A stretch of 52,088 bases of DNA from an uncultured Clostridium sp. (GCA_946578345.1 CAMOBD010000002.1:1-52088); one strand, 5' to 3'; positions 30,275 to 39,846 are shown, numbered from the stretch's first letter. Numbers and translations: made by a program. Notes: a model not told the origin generated them from the letters alone.

Positions 30275-31909
30275 ATGAAATCTTATTGGATTGATAGTGT
30301 AAAGGAGCAAAATAAATTTGGAGCATTGGAAGAAAACATAAAAACAGATATATGCATAATAGGTGGTGGTCTTACTGGGCTAAGTACGGCATACAATTTA
30401 AGCAAATATAAGATAAGAACAGTATTGTTAGAAAAAGATGAAATTTGTAAACAAACCAGTGGAAATAGTACTACTAAGATTACAAGCCAGCATGGGCTTA
30501 TCTACAAGTACTTGACAGATTCAAAAGGACAAGATTTTGCAAGAAAATATTATGAGGCAAATGAAAATGCAATAAGAAATATAAAAAATATTATAGATAA
30601 AGAAGGAATTGATTGTGATTTCGAGTATCAACCTGCATATGTTTTTACACAAAAAGTGCAAGATGTACAAAAAATAAAAGATGAGGTGGAAGCGGTAAAT
30701 AATCTTGGTGGCAGAGCAAAATTTATAGAAGCAAAAGATATAGAAATAAATAAGTTGAACAGTGTAGAATATGTGGAAAACCAAGGAGAAAAATTAAAGA
30801 TTAGTGGAGATAATATAGAAAAAGAAAATTTGAATTTGGAAAGAGATATTGTAAAAGAAAGAATGAAACAAGTACTACCAATAAAAGCAATAGCAGGAAT
30901 TGAATTTGAAAATCAGGCACAATTTAACCCATATAAATATGGAAATGCTCTAGCTAAAATATGTAGTGATTCTGGAATAAAGATATTTGAACATTCAAAA
31001 GTAATCGATGTAGATACAGAAGATGAAGATGAGTACTATATAATAACACTAGAAAATGGATGCAAAATAAAAGCGAAGTATGTAGTAATAACAACAAAAT
31101 ACCCAATAGTCAACATACCAGGATTTTATTTTGTAAAAATGTATCAGTCAAGCAGTTATGCTATTGCTATGCAAACAAAGCAAAGACTATTTGAAGGTAT
31201 GTATATAGATTCAGAGGAGCCAACAATATCTTTGCGTACAGCAAAGTTTGGAGACGAATATTTACTAATAGTAGTAGGATTTGACCATAAAACAGGAGCT
31301 CAAATAGATTTAAGTAATTCTTATAGATATTTAGAAGAAGTGGCAAAAAGCCTCTATCCAGAGGGAAAAATTAAGTATCACTGGAATACAGAAGATTGTA
31401 TAACACTTGATAAAATACCATATATAGGGAACTTTTCTAATTTATGGGAAAACGCTTATGTAGCAACAGGATTTAATAAGTGGGGAATAACAACATCTAA
31501 TATAGCAGCCGAAATTATAACAGATAAAATATTAGGACAAGAAAATGAATATGAGGAAATTTTTAAATCTACAAGGTTAGAACCAATAAAAAACATAAAA
31601 GAAGTGACAAATATGGTAAAAGAAAGCGTAAATTCTTTAGTAGCAAAAAAACTAGAATTACCACAAGAAGAAGCAAATCAAATACAAAATGGAGAGGGAA
31701 AAATAGTAGAAGTAAACGGGCAAAAAATAGGAATATATAAGAATAATGAGGGAGAGATATATAAAGTAAATCCAGTATGCAAACATTTAGGATGTGAACT
31801 TTCATGGAACAACTTAGATAAAACGTGGGATTGCCCATGCCATGGGTCAAGATATGACTTTAAAGGAAATTTAATATATGGGCCTAGTGTAAAGGACTTG
31901 GATAAGTAG
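30275..31909 (+). CDS. FAD-dependent oxidoreductase fused to a C-terminal Rieske [2Fe-2S] domain
   Basis: 544 aa. Dinucleotide motif DICIIGGGLTGLSTAY. Rieske motifs CKHLGC ... CPCHGSRY. Confidence 0.8.
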   Translation: MKSYWIDSVKEQNKFGALEENIKTDICIIGGGLTGLSTAYNLSKYKIRTVLLEKDEICKQTSGNSTTKITSQHGLIYKYLTDSKGQDFARKYYEANENAIRNIKNIIDKEGIDCDFEYQPAYVFTQKVQDVQKIKDEVEAVNNLGGRAKFIEAKDIEINKLNSVEYVENQGEKLKISGDNIEKENLNLERDIVKERMKQVLPIKAIAGIEFENQAQFNPYKYGNALAKICSDSGIKIFEHSKVIDVDTEDEDEYYIITLENGCKIKAKYVVITTKYPIVNIPGFYFVKMYQSSSYAIAMQTKQRLFEGMYIDSEEPTISLRTAKFGDEYLLIVVGFDHKTGAQIDLSNSYRYLEEVAKSLYPEGKIKYHWNTEDCITLDKIPYIGNFSNLWENAYVATGFNKWGITTSNIAAEIITDKILGQENEYEEIFKSTRLEPIKNIKEVTNMVKESVNSLVAKKLELPQEEANQIQNGEGKIVEVNGQKIGIYKNNEGEIYKVNPVCKHLGCELSWNNLDKTWDCPCHGSRYDFKGNLIYGPSVKDLDK

Positions 31910-32074
31910 TATTTGAAAATAATAAATTATATTATTGCTCAAACTTATATTTAGTGATATAATTTGCTCAAAATATATAAAAAGTAGTTTATAAAAAAAT
32001 AGAAATATTAATATAAAGAAGATAAGGTAGAAGAAGTGAAGGAGTAGAAAAAATTCTCTCCTTCTCTTATGTAT

Positions 32075-32151
<77 letters not shown>

Positions 32152-32218
32152 AAAATCAAGTCTATACATAATTATACTTTTATTTTATAAAAAATTCAAT
32201 AGAAAATTCAAAAAAAAC

Positions 32219-32247
32219 TTGCAAATTCGAAAAAAATGTGCTATTAT
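32219..32247 (+). promoter_or_regulatory. Sigma-A-type promoter for tRNA-Pro
   Basis: TTGCAA, 17-nt spacer ending in TGC (extended -10), TATTAT. About 20 nt upstream of the tRNA. Confidence 0.55.
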
Positions 32248-32266
32248 ATTATAGTGTTAAATAAAT

Positions 32267-32342
32267 CGAGGCGTAGCGCAGTTGGTAGCGCGCGTGGTTT
32301 GGGACCATGAGGTCGCAGGTTCGATCCCTGTCGCCTCGACCA
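32267..32342 (+). tRNA. tRNA-Pro (anticodon UGG); integration target of the downstream island
   Basis: CGAGGCGTAGCGCAGTTGGTAGCGCGCGTGGTTTGGGACCATGAGGTCGCAGGTTCGATCCCTGTCGCCTCGACCA. Confidence 0.9.
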
Positions 32343-32343
32343 G
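32330..32343 (+). repeat. attL core (3' end of tRNA-Pro)
   Basis: GTCGCCTCGACCAG, repeated at 42413-42426. Confidence 0.75.
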
Positions 32344-32580
32344 TTTAAAGGATTTTTTAAGAAATTCTAGAAAATTTCAAAAAAGTCTAAGATGAGAAAA
32401 AGCAGATGTCTGTAGCAGTGCAGCACCTGCTTTTAATTTTATCAAATTCTATAAAATACTTAAAAATGCTGAGAAAATTTCAAAAATAAATTTCAAGAAT
32501 TATTTTTTGTCTTAAAAAAATTTCCAAAAAATTTCAAGAATAGCTATCCCTTATCCATACTGGATTAGGAGGAATTTACA

Positions 32581-33171
32581 TTGCTAACTTTTGTACCACA
32601 TAAAATAAGTGAAGACTACAAAATAGTTGAATTTTATCGTGTTAATAAAGATCTTTGTGAAAATAAATTATACAAAGATTTAAAGCCTACATCAATTTTA
32701 TTATATGCACTTTTATGTGACAGATTATCTATGTCTTATGCAAATGAAAATAAAAGCAATATTTCAAAAAACAAATTTCATTATTATGATGAAGATGAAA
32801 ATGTATTTGTAATATTTACGAGAATCGATTTAGAGAAGAAATTGCATATTGGTAAGCAATCTTTATGCTCTGCATTTAAAGAGCTTGTCAAAGCCAATTT
32901 AATTAAAGAAATAAGGCAAGGTAAAAATAAACCAAATAAAATTTATGTAGGGAAAACTATATCAGAAATAAATAACAAATTTGTAAATTGGAAGGTTGAA
33001 AATCAGACTACAGGAGTTCCGATTTCAAGCTGTCCGGAAGTATTAAAAACAGACACTAATAAAAATAATATATTTATTAAAAAGAATAATTATTTAAATT
33101 ATCAAGGAAGAGATTATTCTGATATGGATTGGAACAAATTATATGCGAATTATAATTTTGAAAATGATTAA
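32581..33171 (+). CDS. Replication initiator protein A N-terminal domain (RepA_N) family protein
   Basis: 196 aa. The typical RepA_N pattern is present: ...YKDLKPTSILLYALLCDRLSMS...VFVIFTRIDLEKKLHIGKQSLCSAFKELVKANLIKEIRQGKNKPNKIYV. TTG start after AGGAGG. Confidence 0.7.
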   Translation: MLTFVPHKISEDYKIVEFYRVNKDLCENKLYKDLKPTSILLYALLCDRLSMSYANENKSNISKNKFHYYDEDENVFVIFTRIDLEKKLHIGKQSLCSAFKELVKANLIKEIRQGKNKPNKIYVGKTISEINNKFVNWKVENQTTGVPISSCPEVLKTDTNKNNIFIKKNNYLNYQGRDYSDMDWNKLYANYNFEND

Positions 33172-33189
33172 TTTTATAGGAGGTTTTAT

Positions 33190-33561
33190 ATGGAAAATTC
33201 AAGACGCAAATTGGAATATCATATAGAAAATGATTATCTAATACCTAATATAGCTATGAAAAATAATAATTTGGGTAATTATCAAATTGGAAAATATGGA
33301 TATTTAAGGCTTGAGTATCTAAAAAAGTATAAAAGAGGTTATTATACAGAGTTAATGTTAGAAGGAACATTACCAGAACACATTGTAGCCATTGATAAAG
33401 AAACAAATATGCAAGTAAACAATATAGTTAAAAACTTAGCTAAAGCTAATAATGTTGATGAAATATTGAAACAAAACAACCAATTTGAATGGATAAGATT
33501 AATGAATAATTTTAAAAATAGTGCTGAGGAAATTGTTTTAAAAGAATTAATTTATAATTAA
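33190..33561 (+). CDS. tnpV: TnpV-like protein (Tn4451-family accessory protein)
   Basis: 123 aa. The pattern ...IGKYGYLRLEYLKKYKRGYYTELMLEGTLPEHIVAIDKE...WIRLMNNFKNSAEEIVLKELIY matches my recollection of TnpV. Confidence 0.65.
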   Translation: MENSRRKLEYHIENDYLIPNIAMKNNNLGNYQIGKYGYLRLEYLKKYKRGYYTELMLEGTLPEHIVAIDKETNMQVNNIVKNLAKANNVDEILKQNNQFEWIRLMNNFKNSAEEIVLKELIYN

Positions 33562-33580
33562 ATTTAGGAGGAATATTAAA

Positions 33581-33871
33581 ATGTGCAATTTTAGAGAAGT
33601 AAATGATGATATATTAAGAGAATGGCTAAATATTCGAGAACAAGAGGTATTTTGTACTTTAACACCTGAAGATAAAAAGCACCATCTATATTTTGATGAG
33701 CTATCTGAAAATATTTTAAAGAATGTACCTAAACAAAATCAAAAGTATGTTAAGAAGCAATTAGATAAACTTAATAATAATTTTATGGATTATCTTTGTT
33801 ACTGGAATGAAAAGTATTATAGGAATGGTTTTGTTGATGGAATGCAACTGATTGGTGGATGTATAAAATAA
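33581..33871 (+). CDS. Hypothetical small protein of the mobile element
   Basis: 96 aa. RBS GGAGG. No family recognised. Confidence 0.5.
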   Translation: MCNFREVNDDILREWLNIREQEVFCTLTPEDKKHHLYFDELSENILKNVPKQNQKYVKKQLDKLNNNFMDYLCYWNEKYYRNGFVDGMQLIGGCIK

Positions 33872-33915
33872 CAAAAAATAAATCCCAGAAGGAATGAAAC
33901 TTCTGGGACTTATTT

Positions 33916-34284
33916 TTATACATATATGAATGACTGTGGTGCAGACTTTATTCCATAGCTAGATAATTCTTGAGGAATACTATATTTTTTTATGTTGGTT
34001 AATTTATATGCTATAGCTTTACTTCTATCCTTAAAATACTGTTGATAAAACTTCAAATCTATTCCTGAATAATTTTTAGTTTCTTCCCATATATTATCTG
34101 GGGAATCTTCTAATATTTTTTCTACTTTAGCTTCACCTACAATTTTCATTATAGGATATGTTGAATATATTATTATTTTGTCAACCTCTTGTTTACATCT
34201 AATTTTTCTATATTCATATTTTTTAGTTCCATTAAAAATATTTTCTACATGTTGTGGATTAATTGAAATTAACATATTACACAT
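33916..34284 (-). CDS. ASCH (PUA-like fold) domain protein
   Basis: 122 aa. ISINPQHVENIFNGTKKYEYRK...IIIYSTYPIMKIVGEAKV is the ASCH N-terminal beta-barrel pattern. It lies 3 nt downstream of the HTH gene. Confidence 0.65.
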   Translation of the reverse strand: MCNMLISINPQHVENIFNGTKKYEYRKIRCKQEVDKIIIYSTYPIMKIVGEAKVEKILEDSPDNIWEETKNYSGIDLKFYQQYFKDRSKAIAYKLTNIKKYSIPQELSSYGIKSAPQSFIYV

Positions 34285-34287
34285 AAT

Positions 34288-34653
34288 TTACTCACTCTCA
34301 CTTTCCAATTCTTTTATCTTACTTTTCCAATACGAATTGTCTAATTTTTTATCTTTTGCTATCCTAATAAAATTTCGTAAAAACTCGTTCTTCATTATAT
34401 ATTCTGCTATATCTCCAGAGACTTTATATTTATTTGGACTTTCTTTTGCCACAAGATCATAAAATCTATCCTTTTCATCATCTTTTAAGTTAAATGCTTT
34501 TATAAATTTATCTAGCTTTTCTTTAGATGGAAACCTGTTTCCGTTTTCTATGTCTGATAAATAAGCAGCAGATATTCCTATTTCATCACCTAATTTTTTC
34601 AAGCTCTTAGCACCTCTATATTCCTTTACTAATTCTCCAAATTTCTTATTCAT
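34288..34653 (-). CDS. XRE-family HTH protein with C-terminal extension
   Basis: 121 aa. FGELVKEYRGAKSLKKLGDEIGISAAYLSDIENGNRFPS. Confidence 0.75.
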   Translation of the reverse strand: MNKKFGELVKEYRGAKSLKKLGDEIGISAAYLSDIENGNRFPSKEKLDKFIKAFNLKDDEKDRFYDLVAKESPNKYKVSGDIAEYIMKNEFLRNFIRIAKDKKLDNSYWKSKIKELESESE

Positions 34654-34768
34654 CTTTTCTCCTTAATTTGACAAACATGCTTATTAGCATATTTGTTAAT
34701 ATTATATATAATAAATGCTTTATTGTAAATACTTTTACGCAAAAAAGATACACTTTGTTGTGTATCCT

Positions 34769-36253
34769 TTACAGTATTTCAATCATATTTTGAGCTTTTC
34801 CTTCTATTATTATTTTTTCTAAATTTTCTTTTTTTATACTTGTCGGTGCTTGAATATAGCCGTTAACAATATTATTATTTAATAAAAACGCATATGTAAT
34901 TGGTTTTTGAAATGTTATAAAATGTTTAAACATTATAACTAAACTGTCTAGAGTCGTCACCTCTTTTAATTCTTCTTCATCGTAAGCTGTTCTTTTTCTT
35001 ACTATATTAAAAATTTCTTCTTGAGATTCAAATTTATTCCATGTTGTTTCTACAATGCCCAATGTGGTTATGGCTTTTTTATCGTGAGAAGCATAAAACA
35101 ATAATATATCTCCAGGATTAATCATCTTTATTTTTGAATTTGAAATGAATGCCTTTTTTATAGCATTTGCAGAAGTATTTTTCCCTTGTGTATCATCAAT
35201 ACTTATCTGGTATTCTTTTTCTGCATCTTCAAATAATAGTTTATGATATTTAGGTATTACTGGGCAAATGAAAATTCCTTGTTCTTTTAGTTGCACATAT
35301 GGATATTGAGTTTTATCTTTAAGATTTTTTACATAAATTGCTTCCTTTTCAACTGTTCCATCACTTTTAGTAGTTTTTTTGTGCGTGAATAATTTAAATC
35401 CATATTGTTCTAGTAAATAAATTAGTGCTTCTTGCCTTTCAAAAGTTGTAACATATATTTCATCAACATTTTTTCTAATAGCCTCATTCACCATTATTTT
35501 TATAAAACACTCTCCAATTTTCTTCCCAGTATCTGATACTTTGAAAGTTGAAACTTTAATTCTTCTTCCTGGTTTAAATGGGGTATCAAATGAAGAATAA
35601 TTTTCATGTTCTTCTTCTTCTTTTAACATTAAAAATGATGTAATTTTATTTTCCTTTGTAGTAGTAACATATGCTTTTTCGCCTTTTAATTGTTTACTTT
35701 TAAACCATTTGTCGAACCCTAAATAATCTCTGCGCAAAGTAGTGAAAAAATCATCTTCTAAATCCATATTATATAGATATTCTGTTTTAATAAACACAGG
35801 CGTATGTATAATAACCTGTTCTTCTTTTTTGAACTTTTCTAAGGCTTTATCGATAGACAATACTCTATTATCTAACCCTAAAATTGCTGCTTTTCTTAAA
35901 AGTTTTTTGTCATTTGTAATAAAATAGCTAACACAATTTTTTCTTACAGCATACAGCATTTCGTTGTCTATTTTATCATTCTCATTTTTACATCCAGCTA
36001 AATTATTAAATTCTTCTGGCATTTTAGGTGGATTATCTATTATATTATAGACTTTTAATTTAGATATAAATATAGATTTTCGTTCTTCTTCTTTAATTTT
36101 GTTAGCCTCTTCTAACGTTTTAGGGTGTATTGCAATCATATATCTATCAGAGTCATATAATATTTTAGTTAATTTGGATATTTTTTCATCTAGAACATGA
36201 TCATCTAAAATATAAATCATCATATTGGTATCTAATAATATTTTTTCTTTCAT
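34769..36253 (-). CDS. Three-domain protein: N-terminal PIN-like nuclease, central GNAT-like acetyltransferase, C-terminal PUA-like (ASCH/EVE-type) domain
   Basis: 494 aa. PIN signatures ILLDTNMMIY and YFITNDKKLL. GNAT-like segment SDTGKKIGECFIKIMVNEAIRKNVDEIYVTTFERQEALIYLLEQYGFKLF. PUA-like segment MINPGDILLFYASHDKKAITTLGIVE. The start overlaps the upstream ASCH gene stop by 4 nt (ATGA). Domain calls are motif-level only. Confidence 0.55.
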   Translation of the reverse strand: MKEKILLDTNMMIYILDDHVLDEKISKLTKILYDSDRYMIAIHPKTLEEANKIKEEERKSIFISKLKVYNIIDNPPKMPEEFNNLAGCKNENDKIDNEMLYAVRKNCVSYFITNDKKLLRKAAILGLDNRVLSIDKALEKFKKEEQVIIHTPVFIKTEYLYNMDLEDDFFTTLRRDYLGFDKWFKSKQLKGEKAYVTTTKENKITSFLMLKEEEEHENYSSFDTPFKPGRRIKVSTFKVSDTGKKIGECFIKIMVNEAIRKNVDEIYVTTFERQEALIYLLEQYGFKLFTHKKTTKSDGTVEKEAIYVKNLKDKTQYPYVQLKEQGIFICPVIPKYHKLLFEDAEKEYQISIDDTQGKNTSANAIKKAFISNSKIKMINPGDILLFYASHDKKAITTLGIVETTWNKFESQEEIFNIVRKRTAYDEEELKEVTTLDSLVIMFKHFITFQKPITYAFLLNNNIVNGYIQAPTSIKKENLEKIIIEGKAQNMIEIL

Positions 36254-36603
36254 AAATTCTCCTTTTTCAATTTTATTTCTATTCCTACAACTCCATATTT
36301 TTCTTCTTTTTCTTTAGTATAAAATTTGTATAAATCTTTTAAAAATTTCTCTTCGGTTTCATTTTTATCAGAATATTGAGAAATATCTAAAGTATTTATC
36401 AACTCTTTAAAACTTTTCTTTATTTTTAACCCAATTATTTCAGTATATATTTCATCTGTTAGTTCAGGTTCTTTTTGAAAAATTATTTCATCTCCTATTT
36501 GAATGCATCTTCTTTTTTCGTCATTTAGCCTAACTTCTACTCTTTTAGTTCCATTCTTCATATATTCAAAATATTTTGGATTTAATTTCATTATATATTT
36601 CAT
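36250..36603 (-). CDS. ASCH domain protein
   Basis: 117 aa. MKLNPKYFEYMKNGTKRVEVRLNDEKRRCIQIGDEIIF is the classic ASCH opening. It is translationally coupled to the 494-aa gene. Confidence 0.7.
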   Translation of the reverse strand: MKYIMKLNPKYFEYMKNGTKRVEVRLNDEKRRCIQIGDEIIFQKEPELTDEIYTEIIGLKIKKSFKELINTLDISQYSDKNETEEKFLKDLYKFYTKEKEEKYGVVGIEIKLKKENL

Positions 36604-36745
36604 ATTACATTTTTCCTTTCTATATTTCTTATATTAAGATATTTTTATTTCAAAAAATATCGGAATTTGTAGTTTTATCAAAAAAGCAAAATAACCCTGT
36701 AATCATAAATCACATTATTATTTTGCTTTTCTTAAGTATGTCGTA

Positions 36746-37609
36746 TTATTTAAATATTTCTTTCATAATCCCATTTTTCATATCTGCAATATTATAAATA
36801 TTATTCATACTATCAAATGTTTCCTTTAAGTTATTTCTAGCAGAAATCCAGCCCATTCCATCAGTAAACCAAACAAAAGCAAATCCCATAACTTTTTCTG
36901 ATTCTTCTGCTATCATTTTGTAACTCCTAGCTGTTTCATTTAATTTTGATCCACCTGAAGCATAAAAGTTTGTTTCTATACCATATATACAATTATCAGT
37001 CTTAACCACAAAATCAAATCTTTTAGTTGCTTGATTTTTATTGCTAATAAATGACATATCTAATTTCCATTTTTCTTCTATGTCTTGTAAATACATTTCT
37101 TTAAAATATGTTTCATTTTTCTTAAATCCGGCTTTTTGAATAAATCTTTCCACTATGTCTTCCATTAAATGTCCACCACGATTTTTTCTGGCATTTGAAT
37201 TTAGACCAGATTCAACTCCTAAAACATAATCATATAAATTATTTACTATATGATTTTGAATCAAATCAAATAATCCTGTTTCTCTCATAAATATTTTATA
37301 TTGTTCTACACTATAATTCATTTTTTTAAAATTATAATCAAACTTGTTTCCATCATGGTCTAAGACTAATATTTCATATTGTCTAACAGCTAATAATGTA
37401 GGTATGCATTTTATTATTTCAGGATATTTAATCATTAATTCTTCAAAGTCTTTTTCAATATTTTGGCTTCCTATTAATGAATTCATTATATTTAATTCTA
37501 TTTTATATTTTTCAGCTTTTTTATAAATTGTTTCAAAATCTATGTAATACTTATAATCTGCTATACTATCTGTGAAAGTTAGTAACCATTCTGCAAAATC
37601 TCTTTTCAT
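36746..37609 (-). CDS. dpnB: Type II restriction endonuclease, DpnII family (GATC)
   Basis: 287 aa. The N-terminus ...FAEWLLTFTDSIADYKYYIDFETIYKK...LNIMNSLIGSQNIEKDF resembles pneumococcal DpnII as I recall it. It is the third gene after two Dam-type methylases, as in the dpnM-dpnA-dpnB cassette. Confidence 0.7.
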   Translation of the reverse strand: MKRDFAEWLLTFTDSIADYKYYIDFETIYKKAEKYKIELNIMNSLIGSQNIEKDFEELMIKYPEIIKCIPTLLAVRQYEILVLDHDGNKFDYNFKKMNYSVEQYKIFMRETGLFDLIQNHIVNNLYDYVLGVESGLNSNARKNRGGHLMEDIVERFIQKAGFKKNETYFKEMYLQDIEEKWKLDMSFISNKNQATKRFDFVVKTDNCIYGIETNFYASGGSKLNETARSYKMIAEESEKVMGFAFVWFTDGMGWISARNNLKETFDSMNNIYNIADMKNGIMKEIFK

Positions 37610-37611
37610 AG

Positions 37612-38394
37612 TTATTTTTCCTCCAATTCCTCATATCTTCTTATTGATAAATCTAGATATTCTTTTTTATTATCTATTCCTATGTACTCTCTATTTAATT
37701 TTACTGCTGAAATACCTGTTGTACTACTTCCACAAAATGGATCTAAAATTAAATCATTTTCTTTCGTTGAAGCTAAAATAATTTTATCTAATATATCTAA
37801 AGGTTTTTGTGTCGGATGTTTTCCTTGTTTTTTTTCAGATGGTTTTGTAAGAGAAGTTGTCCAAACATCTTTCATCTGTTTATTCCCATTCATTTGTTTC
37901 ATTACCTCATAATTAAATGTATATTTTACATTTTTTAAATCTTTCCTTGCCCATAAAATTGTTTCTGTTGAGTGCGTAAATGTTTTGCAAGCTAGATTAG
38001 GTGGAGGGTTGGTCTTTTGCCAAGTTATATTATTTAAAATTTTGAATCCTTCTTCTTCAAGTGCCATTCCAATTGAATAGATATTATGTAATGTTCCACT
38101 AATCCATATCGTTCCAGTATCTTTTAATATTCTATAGCACTCTCTAATCCATTTTTTATTAAATTTATGTTTATCTTCTTGTGTTAAAGTTCTATCCCAA
38201 TCTCCTTTATTAACACTAACCATTTTACCACCACTACAAGTTATACCATCATTTGACAAAAAGTATGGTGGATCTGCAAATATCATATCAAATGTTTTAT
38301 TTGTAAATTTCTTTAGTTCTTTAAATGTATCTCCATTTATTAAGCTAAAGCTTCCTGTTTCATTTGTATAATAAAGTTTGTTTGAGAATTCCAT
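37612..38394 (-). CDS. dpnA: N6-adenine DNA methyltransferase, DpnA-like (beta class)
   Basis: 260 aa. An N-terminal FADPPY motif followed by a C-terminal DPFCGSSTTG AdoMet motif. Confidence 0.8.
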   Translation of the reverse strand: MEFSNKLYYTNETGSFSLINGDTFKELKKFTNKTFDMIFADPPYFLSNDGITCSGGKMVSVNKGDWDRTLTQEDKHKFNKKWIRECYRILKDTGTIWISGTLHNIYSIGMALEEEGFKILNNITWQKTNPPPNLACKTFTHSTETILWARKDLKNVKYTFNYEVMKQMNGNKQMKDVWTTSLTKPSEKKQGKHPTQKPLDILDKIILASTKENDLILDPFCGSSTTGISAVKLNREYIGIDNKKEYLDLSIRRYEELEEK

Positions 38395-39296
38395 TCTAAT
38401 TGCTCCTTATAGTTTGTTATTAATAATTCTGAAATTTCTCCACGTCCTTTTGCATTTGAATTTATCATCCTTTTAGCTGAGACTTCATTTATGTTAAATC
38501 CTTTATAAATATTTTCAAAAAAGTCATCATTTTCATCAATATTCTTAGGATTAGAATTGCTTAACATTAGCTTTGCATTTTTAACATTTAGTTTATTGTA
38601 ATACTTCGCCAATTCTTTTTGGTTTTTATCATTAAAATCTTCTTTTGTATAAGATGTAAATCCAGATGTTACCGAAAGTGGTCTATATGGAGGATCAAAA
38701 TAAACAAATGTGTTCTCATCTATTAAACTTTCGCTTTCTTTATAATCTCCATACTTAAATATTGTATTTTTAAATAATATTGATAAATTGCTTAAATTTC
38801 TGGAATCACATATAGTTGGATTCTTATATTTACCAAAAGGAACATTGAATTTTCCTGACTTATTAACTCTATATAGTCCATTAAAACATGTCCTATTCAA
38901 AAATATAAATTCAGAAGCACGTTCCACATCTAATTCAGTATTTAAAAAGTAAGAATTATATTTTGTTCTTATATTATAAAAACATTTTTGTCTCCCATCT
39001 ATCTCTAATGACAAAAATTCTTTTTCTTTTTTGTCTAGCTTTTGAATTAAATCTTCAACTTTATATTTAATTACATTGTAGCAATTTATTAAATCTTTAT
39101 TTATATCAAAAGCATAAGCTTGTTTTACATCATATTTTTGTAAAATGTCTATTAAAACAGCTCCGCCTCCAACAAAAGGCTCTATATATTTTTCTATTTT
39201 TCCATTTTTTAATTCAAATGGAAAATATTTAGTTATTTGTGGAATTAAGCTAGTTTTTCCTCCAGCCCATTTTACAAATGGCTTTACAATTTCCAT
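38340..39296 (-). CDS. dpnM: Dam-family (D12 class) N6-adenine DNA methyltransferase, DpnM-like
   Basis: 318 aa. VKWAGGK, EPFVGGGAV, FDPPY. Its tail overlaps dpnA by 55 nt and contains the dpnA RBS. Confidence 0.85.
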   Translation of the reverse strand: MEIVKPFVKWAGGKTSLIPQITKYFPFELKNGKIEKYIEPFVGGGAVLIDILQKYDVKQAYAFDINKDLINCYNVIKYKVEDLIQKLDKKEKEFLSLEIDGRQKCFYNIRTKYNSYFLNTELDVERASEFIFLNRTCFNGLYRVNKSGKFNVPFGKYKNPTICDSRNLSNLSILFKNTIFKYGDYKESESLIDENTFVYFDPPYRPLSVTSGFTSYTKEDFNDKNQKELAKYYNKLNVKNAKLMLSNSNPKNIDENDDFFENIYKGFNINEVSAKRMINSNAKGRGEISELLITNYKEQLEWNSQTNFIIQMKQEALA

Positions 39297-39429
39297 CTTT
39301 ACCTCCAGAAATTCTTTTAAAACATATCATATTTTTGTATACTTAAAAAAATATATGACCTATGTTTTTAATTCTTTATTTGACATTATTCAAAAGTTTA
39401 TTAATGAGTTGAATTATCTATACTATTGC

Positions 39430-39846
39430 TTAAAAATATTTAACTAAATAATATTTGTTAAGTTTAGGATTTTCTTTGCTTTTTCTAATAAATTCAACTT
39501 TAAATCCACATTTCTTGTAAAATTCAAGTGCTTGAAATCCATAAGTAGTTAAATTTATATTTTCATATCCTTTATTTTTATAGTAGTTCTCAACTGTTTC
39601 CATTAATTTGCTTCCAATATGTTTATTTCGATATTGTTCTAATACAATTAAATCACTTATATGAACTTCTTTATAATATGAATTTCCTGTTATTATTCCA
39701 ATAATTTTAGATTTTTCTTTAGCAACAAAAGCAAATGATTTATAATTGCAAACAATTCCATTTTTTGTGGCAAATTTATTAAATTCTTCGTCTATTATTT
39801 CATAAATTTCTTCATCTAAATTTTCTTTATATTCTACTTCTATCAT
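39430..39846 (-). CDS. GNAT-family N-acetyltransferase
   Basis: 138 aa. LIVLEQYRNKHIGSKLM ... GYENINLTTYGFQALEFYKKCGF. Confidence 0.7.
   Translation of the reverse strand: MIEVEYKENLDEEIYEIIDEEFNKFATKNGIVCNYKSFAFVAKEKSKIIGIITGNSYYKEVHISDLIVLEQYRNKHIGSKLMETVENYYKNKGYENINLTTYGFQALEFYKKCGFKVEFIRKSKENPKLNKYYLVKYF

Noticed and set aside
38340-38394. The 55-nt dpnM/dpnA overlap as another frameshift or fusion.
   Set aside because: Both proteins are complete with all methyltransferase motifs. The dpnA start has its own AAGGAG inside the dpnM tail. No CGG or frame discontinuity is involved.
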